From Candidatus Omnitrophota bacterium (lineage in GTDB: Bacteria > Omnitrophota > Gorgyraeia > Zapsychrales > JBAZNR01): DNA of 64,000 bases. The stretch is from contig JBAZNR010000001.1 in NCBI GenBank assembly GCA_041649175.1, positions 514,332 through 578,331 of the forward strand, given 5' to 3'. Below, piece after piece: positions 50,093-60,790 of the stretch. Positions within the stretch are counted from its first letter, which is position 1, and each line of letters starts with the position of its first letter. The notes under the pieces are model-generated. The model worked only from the letters and a program-made list of their open reading frames with translations, was not told the origin of the DNA and ran no database searches. The translations under genes and the position numbers were made by a program.

Positions 50093-51199
50093 ATGAAAAA
50101 AGCCATCCTATACCTTGAAGACGCAAAAACCTTTGAGGGCCGCTCTCTCCTCACGACAGGTGAATTCGCAGGTGAAGTTGTCTTTAATACCTCCCTTTGC
50201 GGCTATCAAGAAGTTTTGACCGATCCATCCTATGCCGGCCAGATCGTGGTGATGACTTATCCTTTGATCGGAAATTATGGCATCAATTTGGACGATATGG
50301 AGTCCAAAAAGATCTGGGTCAAAGGATTTATTGTCAAAGAATTCTGCCGCACTCCGTCCAATTTCCGCGCGACCAAATCACTCATTGATTATTTGAATGA
50401 AAATAATATCATGGCTGTTGAAGGCATTGATACGCGTGCCCTAACGCGTCATTTGCGCCTATTCGGAGCCATGAAGGCGATGATCTCAACCGAAGATTTT
50501 GATAAAAAAAGTTTAAGTAAGAAATTAAAAGCTGTTCCGTCCATGGAGGGCAGTGATTGGGTGCGAGAAGTTTCGTCAAAAGAAAAATATATTTGGGAAC
50601 CCGGGAAAAATTACCGCTTTCGTGTCGCGGCTATTGATTGCGGAATAAAATTCAATATTTTGCGCATCTTGGCAAACTTAGGATGTGAGACCCATGTTTT
50701 TCCGGCGACCGCTTCCGCTCAAGAGATAAGATCAATTAATCCCGACGGAATTTTCCTTTCCAACGGCCCCGGCGATCCGGCCGCGCTGCCATATATCATC
50801 AAAACCGTTCAGGAACTCATTGGCGTAGCGCCGATTTTTGGGATTTGCTTAGGGCATCAGATCTTAGGGTTGGCCCTAAAAGGGACAACGTATAAACTTA
50901 AATTCGGCCATCACGGTGCCAATCATCCCGTGAAAGACCTGAACTTAAATAAGATCGGTATTACATCGCAGAATCACGGATTTTGCGTAGACATTAACAG
51001 CCTTCCTAAAGAAGATGTTGAAATTACCCATATCAATCTTAACGATAATACTTTAGAGGGATTGCAGCATAAGAAATATCCGCTATTTTCCGTGCAATAT
51101 CATCCTGAAGCCGCTCCGGGCCCGCATGATGCTCAATATTTGTTTGAAAAATTTATCGGTTTAATGAATGAACATAAAAATAAGAAAGTTCCTGTGTAA
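50093..51199 (+). CDS. carA: Carbamoyl-phosphate synthase small (glutamine amidotransferase) subunit
   Basis: GATase triad region GICLGHQILGLA...HPE. Confidence 0.95.
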   Translation: MKKAILYLEDAKTFEGRSLLTTGEFAGEVVFNTSLCGYQEVLTDPSYAGQIVVMTYPLIGNYGINLDDMESKKIWVKGFIVKEFCRTPSNFRATKSLIDYLNENNIMAVEGIDTRALTRHLRLFGAMKAMISTEDFDKKSLSKKLKAVPSMEGSDWVREVSSKEKYIWEPGKNYRFRVAAIDCGIKFNILRILANLGCETHVFPATASAQEIRSINPDGIFLSNGPGDPAALPYIIKTVQELIGVAPIFGICLGHQILGLALKGTTYKLKFGHHGANHPVKDLNLNKIGITSQNHGFCVDINSLPKEDVEITHINLNDNTLEGLQHKKYPLFSVQYHPEAAPGPHDAQYLFEKFIGLMNEHKNKKVPV

Positions 51200-51202
51200 T
51201 TT

Positions 51203-54200
51203 ATGCCGCGCCGTAGTGATATAAAAAAGATTTTGCTCATTGGTTCAGGCCCCATTATTATCGGCCAAGCGTGCGAATTTGATTATTCGGGAACGCAAGC
51301 CTGTAAGGCGCTTCGGGAAGAAGGTTATGAAATTGTTCTGGTCAATTCCAACCCGGCCACCATTATGACGGATCCGGAAATTGCCGATCACACCTATATT
51401 GAGCCTTTAACAGCAGATTTTCTAGAACAGATCATCAAAAAAGAACGTCCCGATGCTGTTTTACCGACGCTGGGCGGACAAACCGGACTTAATTTAGCCG
51501 TTCAGCTTTATAAACGCGGTGTTTTTGAACAATACAATGTCAAGATGATCGGCGCCAATTATGAAGTTATTCAAAAGGCGGAAGACCGGGAATGTTTTAA
51601 GAAAGCCGTTCTTGAAGTCGGTTTAGATGTTCCCAAAAGCTGTTTTGCCCACACGCTGGAAGAAGCCAAAAAAGCGGTTGAGACAATCGGATTTCCTCTG
51701 ATCGTTCGCCCTAGCTATACCTTAGGCGGGACCGGCGGCGGCATTGTGCATGATATGGATGAACTGGAGCGCGTTGCTTCCTTAGGTTTAGAATCCAGCA
51801 TGATCGGCGAAGTTTTGATCGAAGAATCCATCGAAGGATGGAAAGAATATGAGCTGGAAGTTATGCGTGATTACAAAGACAATGTGGTCATTGTCTGCTC
51901 CATTGAAAATTTAGATCCGATGGGAATCCATACGGGTGATAGCATTACTGTGGCACCGGCGCAAACTTTGACCGATCGGGAATATCAGGAAATGCGTGAT
52001 GCCTCTATTCGCTTGATCCGGGAAATTGGCGTCGAGACGGGTGGTTCCAATATTCAATTCGCGGTTAATCCCCAAACCGGGCGTATGGTTGTTATCGAAG
52101 TTAATCCAAGAGTGTCGCGCTCATCGGCCTTGGCCAGTAAAGCAACGGGATTTCCTATCGCGAAATTTGCCGCGAAATTAGCAGTTGGGTATTCTTTGGA
52201 TGAAATTCGAAATGATATCACCAAAGAAACGCCTGCCTCGTTTGAACCGACCATTGATTATTGCGTTGTCAAAATTCCTCGGTTTACCTTTGAGAAATTT
52301 CCGGAAGCTAAAGATATTTTAGGTGTTTCCATGAAATCCGTCGGGGAAACGATGGCCATTGGGCGCACCTTTAAAGAAGCGTTGCAAAAAGGATTGCGCG
52401 GCCTGGAGATCGGCCATATCGGTTTGGACAATAAAATGGATTACCGCAACATTCCCGATGAGAAGATCGAATTAAAATTACGCCAACCGAATGCCTCGCG
52501 CATTTTTTATATTAAATATGCTCTGCAAAAAGGGATAAGCCAGAAAACGATTCATGAGTGGACCAAGATCGATCCTTGGTTTATCGCGCATATTGCCGAG
52601 ATCTTGGAATTTGAAAATACGCTCATCGAAACTTTCCAGAAAGAAAAGAATATTTCTGTGGAATTGTTACGACGGGCTAAAGAATTCGGGTTTAGTGATG
52701 CGCAGTTGGCGCAGATCATGGCCACCGATGAGCTAAAGGTGCGCCAACTGCGCAAGAAACTTGGGATAAAAGCGACCTTTAAATCGGTCGATACCTGTGC
52801 GGCAGAATTTGAAGCCTATACGCCGTATTATTATTCCACTTATGAAACAGAAGACGAAGCGGTTATCCAAGATGAAAAGCTCAATAAACTAAGCAAAGAA
52901 AAACGCAAAAAGATCATGATCTTAGGCGGCGGGCCTAATCGCATTGGACAAGGCATTGAGTTCGATTATTGCTGCTGCCATGCTTCGTTCGCTTTAAAAG
53001 AATTAGGTTATGAAACCATTATGGTCAATTCCAATCCCGAAACGGTTTCTACCGATTATGATACTTCCGACCGGTTATATTTTGAACCGCTCACCTTTGA
53101 AGATGTCATGAACATTGTGGATGTGGAAAAGCCAGATGGCATGATCGTACAATTCGGGGGACAAACACCGCTTAATTTAGCGCGCCGTTTACATAAAGCT
53201 GGAGTTCCCATTATCGGGACCAGTGTTGAGTCTATTGATCTGGCCGAAGACCGCAAGAAATTTTCGCAATTTATCGAGAAAATCGGATTGTCTCAACCCG
53301 CCAATGGTTCGGCAACGTCTGCCGAAAAGGCTATTGAGGTGGCATCTCGTATCGGCTATCCTGTTTTAGCCAGGCCTTCTTACGTTTTAGGCGGCCGGGC
53401 CATGCGCATTGTTTATGATAAAGAATCTTTATTGTCATTCATTGAAGAAGCAAAAGAAGTTTCTCAGGGGCATCCCATTCTCATTGATAAATTTATTGAA
53501 GACGCCATTGAAGTGGACGTTGACGGTATCTGCGACGGAGAAAAAACATTTGTCGCCGGAATTATGGAACATATTGAAAATGCCGGAATTCATTCGGGGG
53601 ATTCAGCCTGCGTTTTACCGCCGCATACTTTAAGCGAAGAGATCATTGCCGATATTAAGAAGTTTACTTGTTCCATCGCTCAAGGGTTAAAAGTGGTGGG
53701 GCTTTTAAATATTCAATTTGCCATCAAAGGAGAAACAATTTTCGTTTTGGAAGTTAATCCTAGGGCGTCGCGCACGGTTCCTTTTGTCAGCAAGGCCACA
53801 GGAACTCCGTTGGCAAAAATAGCCGCTCAAATCATGACCGGAAGAAAGGTGGACGACTTTAAATTTATTGATCCGCAAAGCTTGCTTCATGTCTCGGTCA
53901 AAGAATCGGTACTGCCGTTTTCGCGGTTTTCAGGTGTTGATATTGTTTTAGGGCCGGAAATGAAATCCACCGGGGAAGTGATGGGTATTGATATGACATT
54001 TGGCGCGGCCTTTGCCAAATCTCAGATCTGTGCCAACCAAGCACTGCCCAAAAAAGGAAAGATCTTCATCAGCGTCAATGACCAGGATAAACGTCACATC
54101 GTTTTTCTAGCAAAAAAGCTATTCGACCTAGGATTTAAACTGGTGGCAACCAAGGGAACGGTCAAAGTCTTACGTTCCAGCGGTGTGGACGTGGAAATGG

Positions 54201-54475
54201 TCGATAAATTTGGGGAAGGCAAAAACAATCTGTTGACATTAATTAAAAAAGGTGAGATAAATTTGATAATCAACACTCCTTCCGGTAAAAAAAGTCAATC
54301 GGATATGCGCGCTATTCGCGCAGCGGCAATTCTTTATAATATCCCGTGCATTACAACGCTTCAAGGGGCATGGGCGGCAGTGAATGGTATTGAGTCAAGT
54401 TTGCAAACAGATTTTTGCGTTCAATCCTTACAAGAATATTACAACCGAAGGAATGAGCAATGTGCGGTATCGTAG
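51203..54475 (+). CDS. carB: Carbamoyl-phosphate synthase large subunit
   Basis: Duplicated ATP-grasp domains (two [19 protein letters not shown] / [17 protein letters not shown] blocks) and a C-terminal MGS-like domain. 1090 aa. Confidence 0.95.
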   Translation: MPRRSDIKKILLIGSGPIIIGQACEFDYSGTQACKALREEGYEIVLVNSNPATIMTDPEIADHTYIEPLTADFLEQIIKKERPDAVLPTLGGQTGLNLAVQLYKRGVFEQYNVKMIGANYEVIQKAEDRECFKKAVLEVGLDVPKSCFAHTLEEAKKAVETIGFPLIVRPSYTLGGTGGGIVHDMDELERVASLGLESSMIGEVLIEESIEGWKEYELEVMRDYKDNVVIVCSIENLDPMGIHTGDSITVAPAQTLTDREYQEMRDASIRLIREIGVETGGSNIQFAVNPQTGRMVVIEVNPRVSRSSALASKATGFPIAKFAAKLAVGYSLDEIRNDITKETPASFEPTIDYCVVKIPRFTFEKFPEAKDILGVSMKSVGETMAIGRTFKEALQKGLRGLEIGHIGLDNKMDYRNIPDEKIELKLRQPNASRIFYIKYALQKGISQKTIHEWTKIDPWFIAHIAEILEFENTLIETFQKEKNISVELLRRAKEFGFSDAQLAQIMATDELKVRQLRKKLGIKATFKSVDTCAAEFEAYTPYYYSTYETEDEAVIQDEKLNKLSKEKRKKIMILGGGPNRIGQGIEFDYCCCHASFALKELGYETIMVNSNPETVSTDYDTSDRLYFEPLTFEDVMNIVDVEKPDGMIVQFGGQTPLNLARRLHKAGVPIIGTSVESIDLAEDRKKFSQFIEKIGLSQPANGSATSAEKAIEVASRIGYPVLARPSYVLGGRAMRIVYDKESLLSFIEEAKEVSQGHPILIDKFIEDAIEVDVDGICDGEKTFVAGIMEHIENAGIHSGDSACVLPPHTLSEEIIADIKKFTCSIAQGLKVVGLLNIQFAIKGETIFVLEVNPRASRTVPFVSKATGTPLAKIAAQIMTGRKVDDFKFIDPQSLLHVSVKESVLPFSRFSGVDIVLGPEMKSTGEVMGIDMTFGAAFAKSQICANQALPKKGKIFISVNDQDKRHIVFLAKKLFDLGFKLVATKGTVKVLRSSGVDVEMVDKFGEGKNNLLTLIKKGEINLIINTPSGKKSQSDMRAIRAAAILYNIPCITTLQGAWAAVNGIESSLQTDFCVQSLQEYYNRRNEQCAVS

Positions 54476-55842
54476 GGGTTGCTAATCATAAACAAGCGGC
54501 AAAACTTGCCTTTTTAGGTTTGTACGCTCTGCAACATCGCGGCGAAGAAGCCTGTGGCATTGCCAGCTACGATGGCAAGAAAGTCCACCTCAGTAAAGCC
54601 TTAGGATTAGTCGCCGACCGGTTCAGCGAAGACATCCTCAAAGGCCTTAAAGGTAAAGTGGCTATCGGCCACTCCCGGTATTCAACGACCGGCTCCAGCA
54701 ATACGAAAAATATCCAGCCATTTTTAGTCACTCATAAAAATAAACCCGTTGCGATCTCTCACAACGGGAATCTAACCAATACTCAAACCCTTTATAAGAA
54801 ACTCGAAGAAGAAGGCTCTATTTTTCAGACCACGATGGATTCGGAGATCATTATCCATCTTTTGGCTAAAACAAAAAATGGAGACCTGAAAAGCTGGTTT
54901 ACGGCCGTATTTACGCAATTAGAAGGGGCTTATTCGGCTGTTTTTCTCGTCGGAGATTGTTTGGTCGGCGTGCGCGATCCGCAAGGCTTTAGGCCTTTAT
55001 GTCTAGGAAAAGTGGATGATGCTTATGTTTTAGCCAGCGAAACATGCGCCTTGGATTTGATTAAGGCAGAATTTATCCGCGAGATCGAACCCGGAGAAAT
55101 GGTCTTTATTAAAAATGGACAAATTGAGTCGCATTTCTTGCCGATGGTTGCCGGAAAAAACAAATCTTATTGTATTTTTGAGAATATCTATTTTGCCCGC
55201 CCGGACAGCAATATTTTTAATGACAATGTTTATGAAGTACGTAAGCGTTTAGGGATGCAGTTAGCTAAAGAAAGCCCGGTTGCGGGCGCTGATTTTGTGA
55301 TGGCTATTCCGGATTCAGGTAACTATGCCGCGGTAGGATATTCACAACAATTAAATATTCCCTTAGAGATCGGGATGATCCGCCATCATTATATTGGGCG
55401 TACCTTTATTCAGCCGTCGCAGTTTTTGCGTGATTTTAAAGTGCGGGTGAAGCTTAATCCTATCAATCATATTTTAAAAGATAAAAAGATCATTGTGGTG
55501 GAAGATTCTATTGTGCGCGGGACCACCAGCCGCAGCCGTATTGAAGAATTACGTAAAGCCGGCGCTAAAGAGATCCATATGCGCATCAGCTGTCCGCCGA
55601 TCAGGTTTCCTTGTTTCTTTGGCATCGATTTTCCTAACCGAAAAGAGTTGATCGCCGCCAATAAAACGGTCAAAGAGGTTGCTGATTTTATTCGGGTCGA
55701 TTCGCTGGAATATTTAAGCCTAGAGGGCATGTTAAGCGTTATGAAAGATTCAAAGAATTTTTGCCACGCGTGTTTTTCCGGAAAATATCCGGCTCCGATA
55801 CCTAAAAACAAAAGCAAATATTTATTAGAAGGGGCATTGTAA
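54460..55842 (+). CDS. purF: Amidophosphoribosyltransferase
   Basis: MCGIVGV N-terminal nucleophile Cys, a PRTase domain and a C-terminal Cys cluster. Overlaps carB by 16 nt. Confidence 0.95.
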   Translation: MCGIVGVANHKQAAKLAFLGLYALQHRGEEACGIASYDGKKVHLSKALGLVADRFSEDILKGLKGKVAIGHSRYSTTGSSNTKNIQPFLVTHKNKPVAISHNGNLTNTQTLYKKLEEEGSIFQTTMDSEIIIHLLAKTKNGDLKSWFTAVFTQLEGAYSAVFLVGDCLVGVRDPQGFRPLCLGKVDDAYVLASETCALDLIKAEFIREIEPGEMVFIKNGQIESHFLPMVAGKNKSYCIFENIYFARPDSNIFNDNVYEVRKRLGMQLAKESPVAGADFVMAIPDSGNYAAVGYSQQLNIPLEIGMIRHHYIGRTFIQPSQFLRDFKVRVKLNPINHILKDKKIIVVEDSIVRGTTSRSRIEELRKAGAKEIHMRISCPPIRFPCFFGIDFPNRKELIAANKTVKEVADFIRVDSLEYLSLEGMLSVMKDSKNFCHACFSGKYPAPIPKNKSKYLLEGAL

Positions 55843-55845
55843 AAA

Positions 55846-57504
55846 ATGAGTAAATTCATTTTTGTCACGGGTGGTGTTGTTTCTAGTTTAGGCAAAGGCA
55901 TTGCGGCGGCCTCCATTGGAAAACTCCTTGAGGCGCGCGGGCTTAAGGTAACTCTGATCAAGTGTGATCCTTATATCAATGTGGATCCCGGCACCATGAA
56001 CCCTTATCAGCACGGGGAAGTTTATGTTACTCAGGACGGCGCTGAAACAGACCTAGATCTAGGCCATTATGAGCGCTTCACTAACGCCCATCTTACCCAG
56101 GATAATAATATTACGACGGGAAAGATCTATTATTCGGTCATTACCAAAGAACGCCGCGGTGATTATTTAGGCAAAACCGTCCAGATCATTCCGCATATTA
56201 CCGATGAAATAAAAAAATGCATTAGAACGGTTTCGCATGAACGCGATGTTGATGTTACCATTGTTGAGATCGGCGGAACGGTTGGCGATATTGAAAGTTT
56301 GCCTTTTCTGGAAGCCATTCGTCAACTGCGCTGGGAATTGGGGATGTATTACGCGATCAATATTCATGTAACGCTTTTGCCGTTCATAAAGTCTGCCGGG
56401 GAACAAAAAACAAAACCGACGCAACACAGCGTCGGGAGGCTTCGAGAAATTGGTATTATTCCCGATATCTTGTTGTGCCGCACGGAGCGGACTATTCCCA
56501 AAGAACAAAAAGAAAAAATAGCCCTTTTTTGCAATGTGGAACGGGAAGCCGTTATTGAGGGGGTAGATGTAAAACATATTTACGAAGTTCCGCTGGCGCT
56601 GCGCAAAGAAAATTTAGATGACCTTATTTTAAAGAAATTAAATATTAAAAGTGAAGAGCGTGACTTAAAAGAGTGGCGGGAAATTGTTATTAAACGCGTC
56701 AAAACTCCTACCAAGGAAGTTAATATTTCGGTTGTCGGCAAATATATTGCCTTACCGGATGCCTATAAATCAATTTATGAAGCGTTAGTTCATGGGGGTA
56801 TTTATAATGACACAAGAGTTGTCATCAATAAAGTTGACTCAGAAGAGTTGACCGAGCATAACGCTCAAAAGAAATTAGGCGGGTCGGACGGCATTCTTAT
56901 TCCCGGCGGATTTGGGACCAGGGGGATCGAAGGAAAGATCCGGGCTGTGGAATATGCCCGTGTTAATAAGATCCCTTATTTTGGGATCTGTCTAGGTATG
57001 CAGGTGGCGACCATCGAATTTGCCCGTCATATTTGTGGACTTAAGGATGCTAACTCGACGGAATTCCATAAAGAAACGAAATATCCGGTCATTAGCCTTT
57101 TGGAAGAGCAAGCCCATGTCAAGAATATGGGTGCCACCATGCGCTTAGGCTCGTATCCATGTAAATTAATGAAACATACGTTAAGCGCTCAAGCCTATAA
57201 GAAAGAGAATATTACGGAACGGCATCGTCATCGTTATGAACTTAATAATCAATATCGGAAAATGTTCGAAAAAAAAGGCATGATCTTTGCCGGGTTAAAT
57301 ACGCGTAAAGATTTAGTGGAAATTGTTGAGCTTAAAAATCATCCGTGGTTTGTCGGCTGCCAGTTTCATCCGGAATTTCAGTCGAAGCCTGACCGGGCAC
57401 ATCCTTTGTTTGCACATTTTATTGCCGCGTCATTAGAAAAACGGTCCCAGTCGAACCGTAAACTGAAGAATACGGAAGAATCGATCTCTGAAGGGCAGCA
57501 GTAA
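55846..57504 (+). CDS. pyrG: CTP synthase
   Basis: [19 protein letters not shown]-terminus and the GATase domain GICLGMQ. Confidence 0.95.
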   Translation: MSKFIFVTGGVVSSLGKGIAAASIGKLLEARGLKVTLIKCDPYINVDPGTMNPYQHGEVYVTQDGAETDLDLGHYERFTNAHLTQDNNITTGKIYYSVITKERRGDYLGKTVQIIPHITDEIKKCIRTVSHERDVDVTIVEIGGTVGDIESLPFLEAIRQLRWELGMYYAINIHVTLLPFIKSAGEQKTKPTQHSVGRLREIGIIPDILLCRTERTIPKEQKEKIALFCNVEREAVIEGVDVKHIYEVPLALRKENLDDLILKKLNIKSEERDLKEWREIVIKRVKTPTKEVNISVVGKYIALPDAYKSIYEALVHGGIYNDTRVVINKVDSEELTEHNAQKKLGGSDGILIPGGFGTRGIEGKIRAVEYARVNKIPYFGICLGMQVATIEFARHICGLKDANSTEFHKETKYPVISLLEEQAHVKNMGATMRLGSYPCKLMKHTLSAQAYKKENITERHRHRYELNNQYRKMFEKKGMIFAGLNTRKDLVEIVELKNHPWFVGCQFHPEFQSKPDRAHPLFAHFIAASLEKRSQSNRKLKNTEESISEGQQ

Positions 57505-57640
57505 AAAAGATTTGGAGCAATTTCGCGCCCCGCGACAGCGGGGCGCTCAAGCTTGTTCTTTTAAGAAATCAAGAATGGTTTTCGCGTCCCCTAACGGGGA
57601 CTTTCAAACCTTTTCTAGAGTAGCATTATGGTAGGTTTTC

Positions 57641-57724
57641 GCGCGGGTGGCGGAATTGGTATACGCGCACGTTTGAGGGGCGTGTGGGGCAACCCGTGAG
57701 AGTTCAAGTCTCTCCCCGCGCATT
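57641..57724 (+). tRNA. tRNA-Leu (anticodon GAG) with long variable arm
   Basis: Acceptor gcgcggg/cccgcgc, anticodon loop ttGAGgg, a long extra arm and T-loop gttcaagtc. Confidence 0.8.
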
Positions 57725-57845
57725 GATTTGCGGCTTAGAGTTCTCCCGACGTTATCTAGAATTTCTTATTAAGGTCGTCGGGACCCCGACTACAATAAAA
57801 GATGTTAAGAAAACGTCGGGGAAGTCTCTCCCCGCGCATTGATTT
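57706..57845 (+). repeat. 24-bp perfect direct repeat (aagtctctccccgcgcattgattt) duplicating the tRNA-Leu 3' end 116 bp downstream. att-site-like scar.
   Basis: Copy 1 at 57706..57729 is the tRNA 3' end. Copy 2 at 57822..57845. The 92-bp spacer contains imperfect inverted repeats (ctcccgacg / cgtcgggga). Confidence 0.6.
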
Positions 57846-57947
57846 TCTTAAAGACGATCCTCTCAAGGCAAAACATATCGTCTCTTTTATATTCTGAATG
57901 TTTCTGCTTCTGTTCTATCCTCAAAGGAGGGCGCCTCATGCCTGATA

Positions 57948-58861
57948 ATAAAAAAAATTTAGGCCAGCTTTTAAGTAGCAGCTTGCCGCTTACAGTCGCG
58001 AGCCTGGGACGTCTTTTTGTTATTTTCCTTTTGACGGCCGTAACACTTCTAGTGATCTTTGCGGTATTTTGGATCTTGGCGTTGGTTTTAATGCGCGCCG
58101 ATAATCCTCAGTCATCTAGTGCTCTTCGAGAAGCCATGCGTAATCCCCAGATCATTGTTTTAGGTATTTTCTGTATTTTGGGATGGGTGATGTTAGCTTT
58201 TTTAAGCGGAATAGCAGCAATCAAGATCATTCAATCTGTTGATGAGCAAATACCGATAGGTCCTATCACGGCTATTCAAGAAGCGGCAGGGATTTTTAGC
58301 GCTTATTTGTGGGCTAGCATTTTAGTTTTTATCAGATTATTGTTTTGGTTCTTTCCTTTTTTGATCACGATCGGTTATGCGGTGATGCAAGCCCTTCGCT
58401 CTTTAAATCGTAATTCTCTCGACCCTAGTCCTTTTATGGGGATCATAGAAAACCTTCCGATCGGGGTGAAGGTTGCCTTTGGCATTGCAACGGTAACAAT
58501 GACGATCGCCGGCATTGTTTTTATGACTCTTTATGCTTATTCGGCCCTATCAGTTGTTTTAGATCAAAAAAGAGGGATTGAGGCGCTAGCGTATAGTAAG
58601 AAAATGATCAAGCCGAATTTCTGGCGATTTACCGGATATTGGGCGCTTCTTGTTATCTTGTTTCTGATCATCACTGCCATCGGAGAATTCATGGGGAAAT
58701 TGATCTTGCTCCAGATGCCGTCTACGCTCATCAGTGCTTTGCTAAAGTTGTTTTCACATCTTTTTAGCTTTTTAACGAGCTCTTATTTTGTAAGTTTTTC
58801 TTATCTGTTATACCGAGAATTTCAGAAAGAAAAAAGTTCTGTTGTTGAAGAAGCCAAATAA
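57948..58861 (+). CDS. Hypothetical polytopic membrane protein
   Basis: RBS aaaggaggg before the ATG at 57948, with multiple TM segments. The ORF track's longer form from 57839 is less likely. Confidence 0.55.
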
Positions 58862-58878
58862 TGCAAGGAATAAAGATA

Positions 58879-59586
58879 ATGCCTAAACCTATTCAAGTCA
58901 GCGCCAGCATCCTTTGTGCCAACTTTGCCAAACTTGGCGATGAGATCAAGCGCTGTGAAGACGCCGGGGTAGATGCTTTGCATGTGGATGTGATGGATGG
59001 ACATTTCGTTCCTAACATCACGATCGGCCCTTTGATCGTTGAAACCATTCGCCCTTTAACCAAGCTTCCTATTGAATCACATCTCATGATCGAAAATCCG
59101 TCGATGTATATCGATGATTTTTTAAACGCGGGAAGCGATATTATCTCAATTCAGGTTGAATGTTACGGGCCTTTAAAAGAGGCATCAAAGGGTTTGGGAA
59201 AATTCCCCAAGGAAATCGAATCGCTCAATGAAGACTTGATCCGCAAAGACATTGTGAAGATAAGAACAAAGGGTAAAAAAGTGTTTTTGGTGATCAATCC
59301 GGGAACACCTCTTTGCATTGAGAACCTTTTAAAAGATATCGATGGTGTTTTGTTGATGTCGGTCAATCCGGGATTTGCCAAGCAGAAATTTATGCCGGTA
59401 GCGCTTCCCAAGGCAGAAGCTTTACGCAAAGTATTCTCAAAAGATATCGCCATCGACGGCGGTATAAACGCCGAAACAGCTCCTTTAGCGGTTAAGGCGG
59501 GGGTCAATATCTTGGCGACAGCCAGCTATCTTTTCGGAGCGAAAGACCCGAAAGTGGCGGTCAAGTATCTTAAATCTCTAAAATAG
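58879..59586 (+). CDS. rpe: Ribulose-phosphate 3-epimerase (with an insertion of about 25 aa)
   Basis: SILCANFAKLGDE...DALHVDVMDGHFVPNITIGP, MSVNPGF and DGGIN blocks. Confidence 0.85.
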   Translation: MPKPIQVSASILCANFAKLGDEIKRCEDAGVDALHVDVMDGHFVPNITIGPLIVETIRPLTKLPIESHLMIENPSMYIDDFLNAGSDIISIQVECYGPLKEASKGLGKFPKEIESLNEDLIRKDIVKIRTKGKKVFLVINPGTPLCIENLLKDIDGVLLMSVNPGFAKQKFMPVALPKAEALRKVFSKDIAIDGGINAETAPLAVKAGVNILATASYLFGAKDPKVAVKYLKSLK

Positions 59587-59665
59587 ATCTTTAATTTGTA
59601 GTTTCGTAAACACTGGCCGGAAATTGAATTCCTCAGATGGGTATGTTATGATTTGAGTGAGGAGT

Positions 59666-59854
59666 ATGACGATGATGACAGCCGGAAAAATATCTCAAAA
59701 AGCACAAACCGCCATTGAATATCTCTTGATCTTTGCTTTAGTGGCGGTTATTGTTTTTGTGGGATTTAAAACGATCTTGCCGCGTACACAACAATCTGCC
59801 AATGTTTTCTTCAATAAGGTCACCGACGGTATTATGGGTGAACCGCCGCCTTAA
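59666..59854 (+). CDS. Flp/Fap-like pilin family small protein (class III signal peptide-like)
   Basis: AQTAIEYLLIFALVAVIVFVGF resembles the Flp motif G-x-T-A-I-E-Y-G-L-I, with Ala in place of the conserved Gly. RBS gagtgaggag. Confidence 0.4.
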   Translation: MTMMTAGKISQKAQTAIEYLLIFALVAVIVFVGFKTILPRTQQSANVFFNKVTDGIMGEPPP

Positions 59855-60780
59855 TTCTTCCTTTTATTTCTAACGTAAACACTGCCTTCAAGGCTTTTGG
59901 CGTATTTTTTTAATTCTGCTCCGATCTCACCGATCTGAGCAATGTGGGTTATTTTTTGGCTGGCACTGCTGACGATACCGACGGAGATAGATAAAAGGCC
60001 TATTCTCACCTCATTATTTTGCCGGTCCTTGGCTAGAATAAATCCATTTTTTCTATCTTCTTCATTGTAAAAGGTGGGAGAAATTTTATCAAATTCTTCG
60101 ATGATCTTTTGGCAAATGGCATCTGTTTTTTCATCATCCGCGACAAAAACAAAATCATCACCTCCGACATGCCCTAAGAAGGCATCCATGCCGCCCTTTT
60201 CTCGAACCGCTTTAATAAGAACGCGGGCCGTTTCTCTAATAACACTGTCTCCGTGCTCAAACCCGTATTTATCATTATAGGCTTTAAATTTGTCTAGATC
60301 GGCGTATCCGACGGCAAAATTGGTATTACTGTCAATGCGTTTTTGAAACTCTTCCATGATGGAAACATTTCCCGGAAGATGCGATAGAGGATTGGCGTCC
60401 AAGCTTCGCTCGGTGCGCCGTAATAGCATATGGATGCGCGCTAAGAGTTCTTCCGGCTCAAAGGGTTTGACCATATAATCATCGGCTCCGGCGTTAATAC
60501 CGCCAACTTTATCTTTCACTTCGCCTTTTCCGGTGAGCATGATGATAGGGATATGCTGCATGAGAATATCTTTTTTTAAACTCTGGCAGAATTGAAACCC
60601 GTCCATTATTGGCATTTTATAATCACAGATGACCAAGTTGGGAGATTTAGCGCGCGCCAGATCTAAGCCCTCTTGGCCGTTTTGGGCCTGAAAAACTTCA
60701 TAGCGCTCGGATAAAGTGAGTTTGAGAACGTCTAGAATATCCGGATCATCGTCAACCGTTAAAATTCTTGCTTTTCCCAT
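59851..60780 (-). CDS. Response regulator with REC plus a GGDEF-type domain carrying a GGDDF variant motif
   Basis: REC (ILTVDDDPDILD...ICDYKMPIMDG...MLTGKGE) and a GGDEF-like domain (...GHVGGDDFVFVADD...). Start taken at MGKARILTV; the ORF track extends to 60870. Confidence 0.75.
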   Translation of the reverse strand: MGKARILTVDDDPDILDVLKLTLSERYEVFQAQNGQEGLDLARAKSPNLVICDYKMPIMDGFQFCQSLKKDILMQHIPIIMLTGKGEVKDKVGGINAGADDYMVKPFEPEELLARIHMLLRRTERSLDANPLSHLPGNVSIMEEFQKRIDSNTNFAVGYADLDKFKAYNDKYGFEHGDSVIRETARVLIKAVREKGGMDAFLGHVGGDDFVFVADDEKTDAICQKIIEEFDKISPTFYNEEDRKNGFILAKDRQNNEVRIGLLSISVGIVSSASQKITHIAQIGEIGAELKKYAKSLEGSVYVRNKRKN

Positions 60781-60790
60781 ATGTTCTCTC

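Noticed and set aside
57525-57560. Hairpin gcgccccgcgacagcggggcgc after pyrG as a terminator
   Set aside because: The following U-tract is weak (tcaagcttgttctttt). It may terminate, but the evidence is marginal, so it was not listed as a feature.
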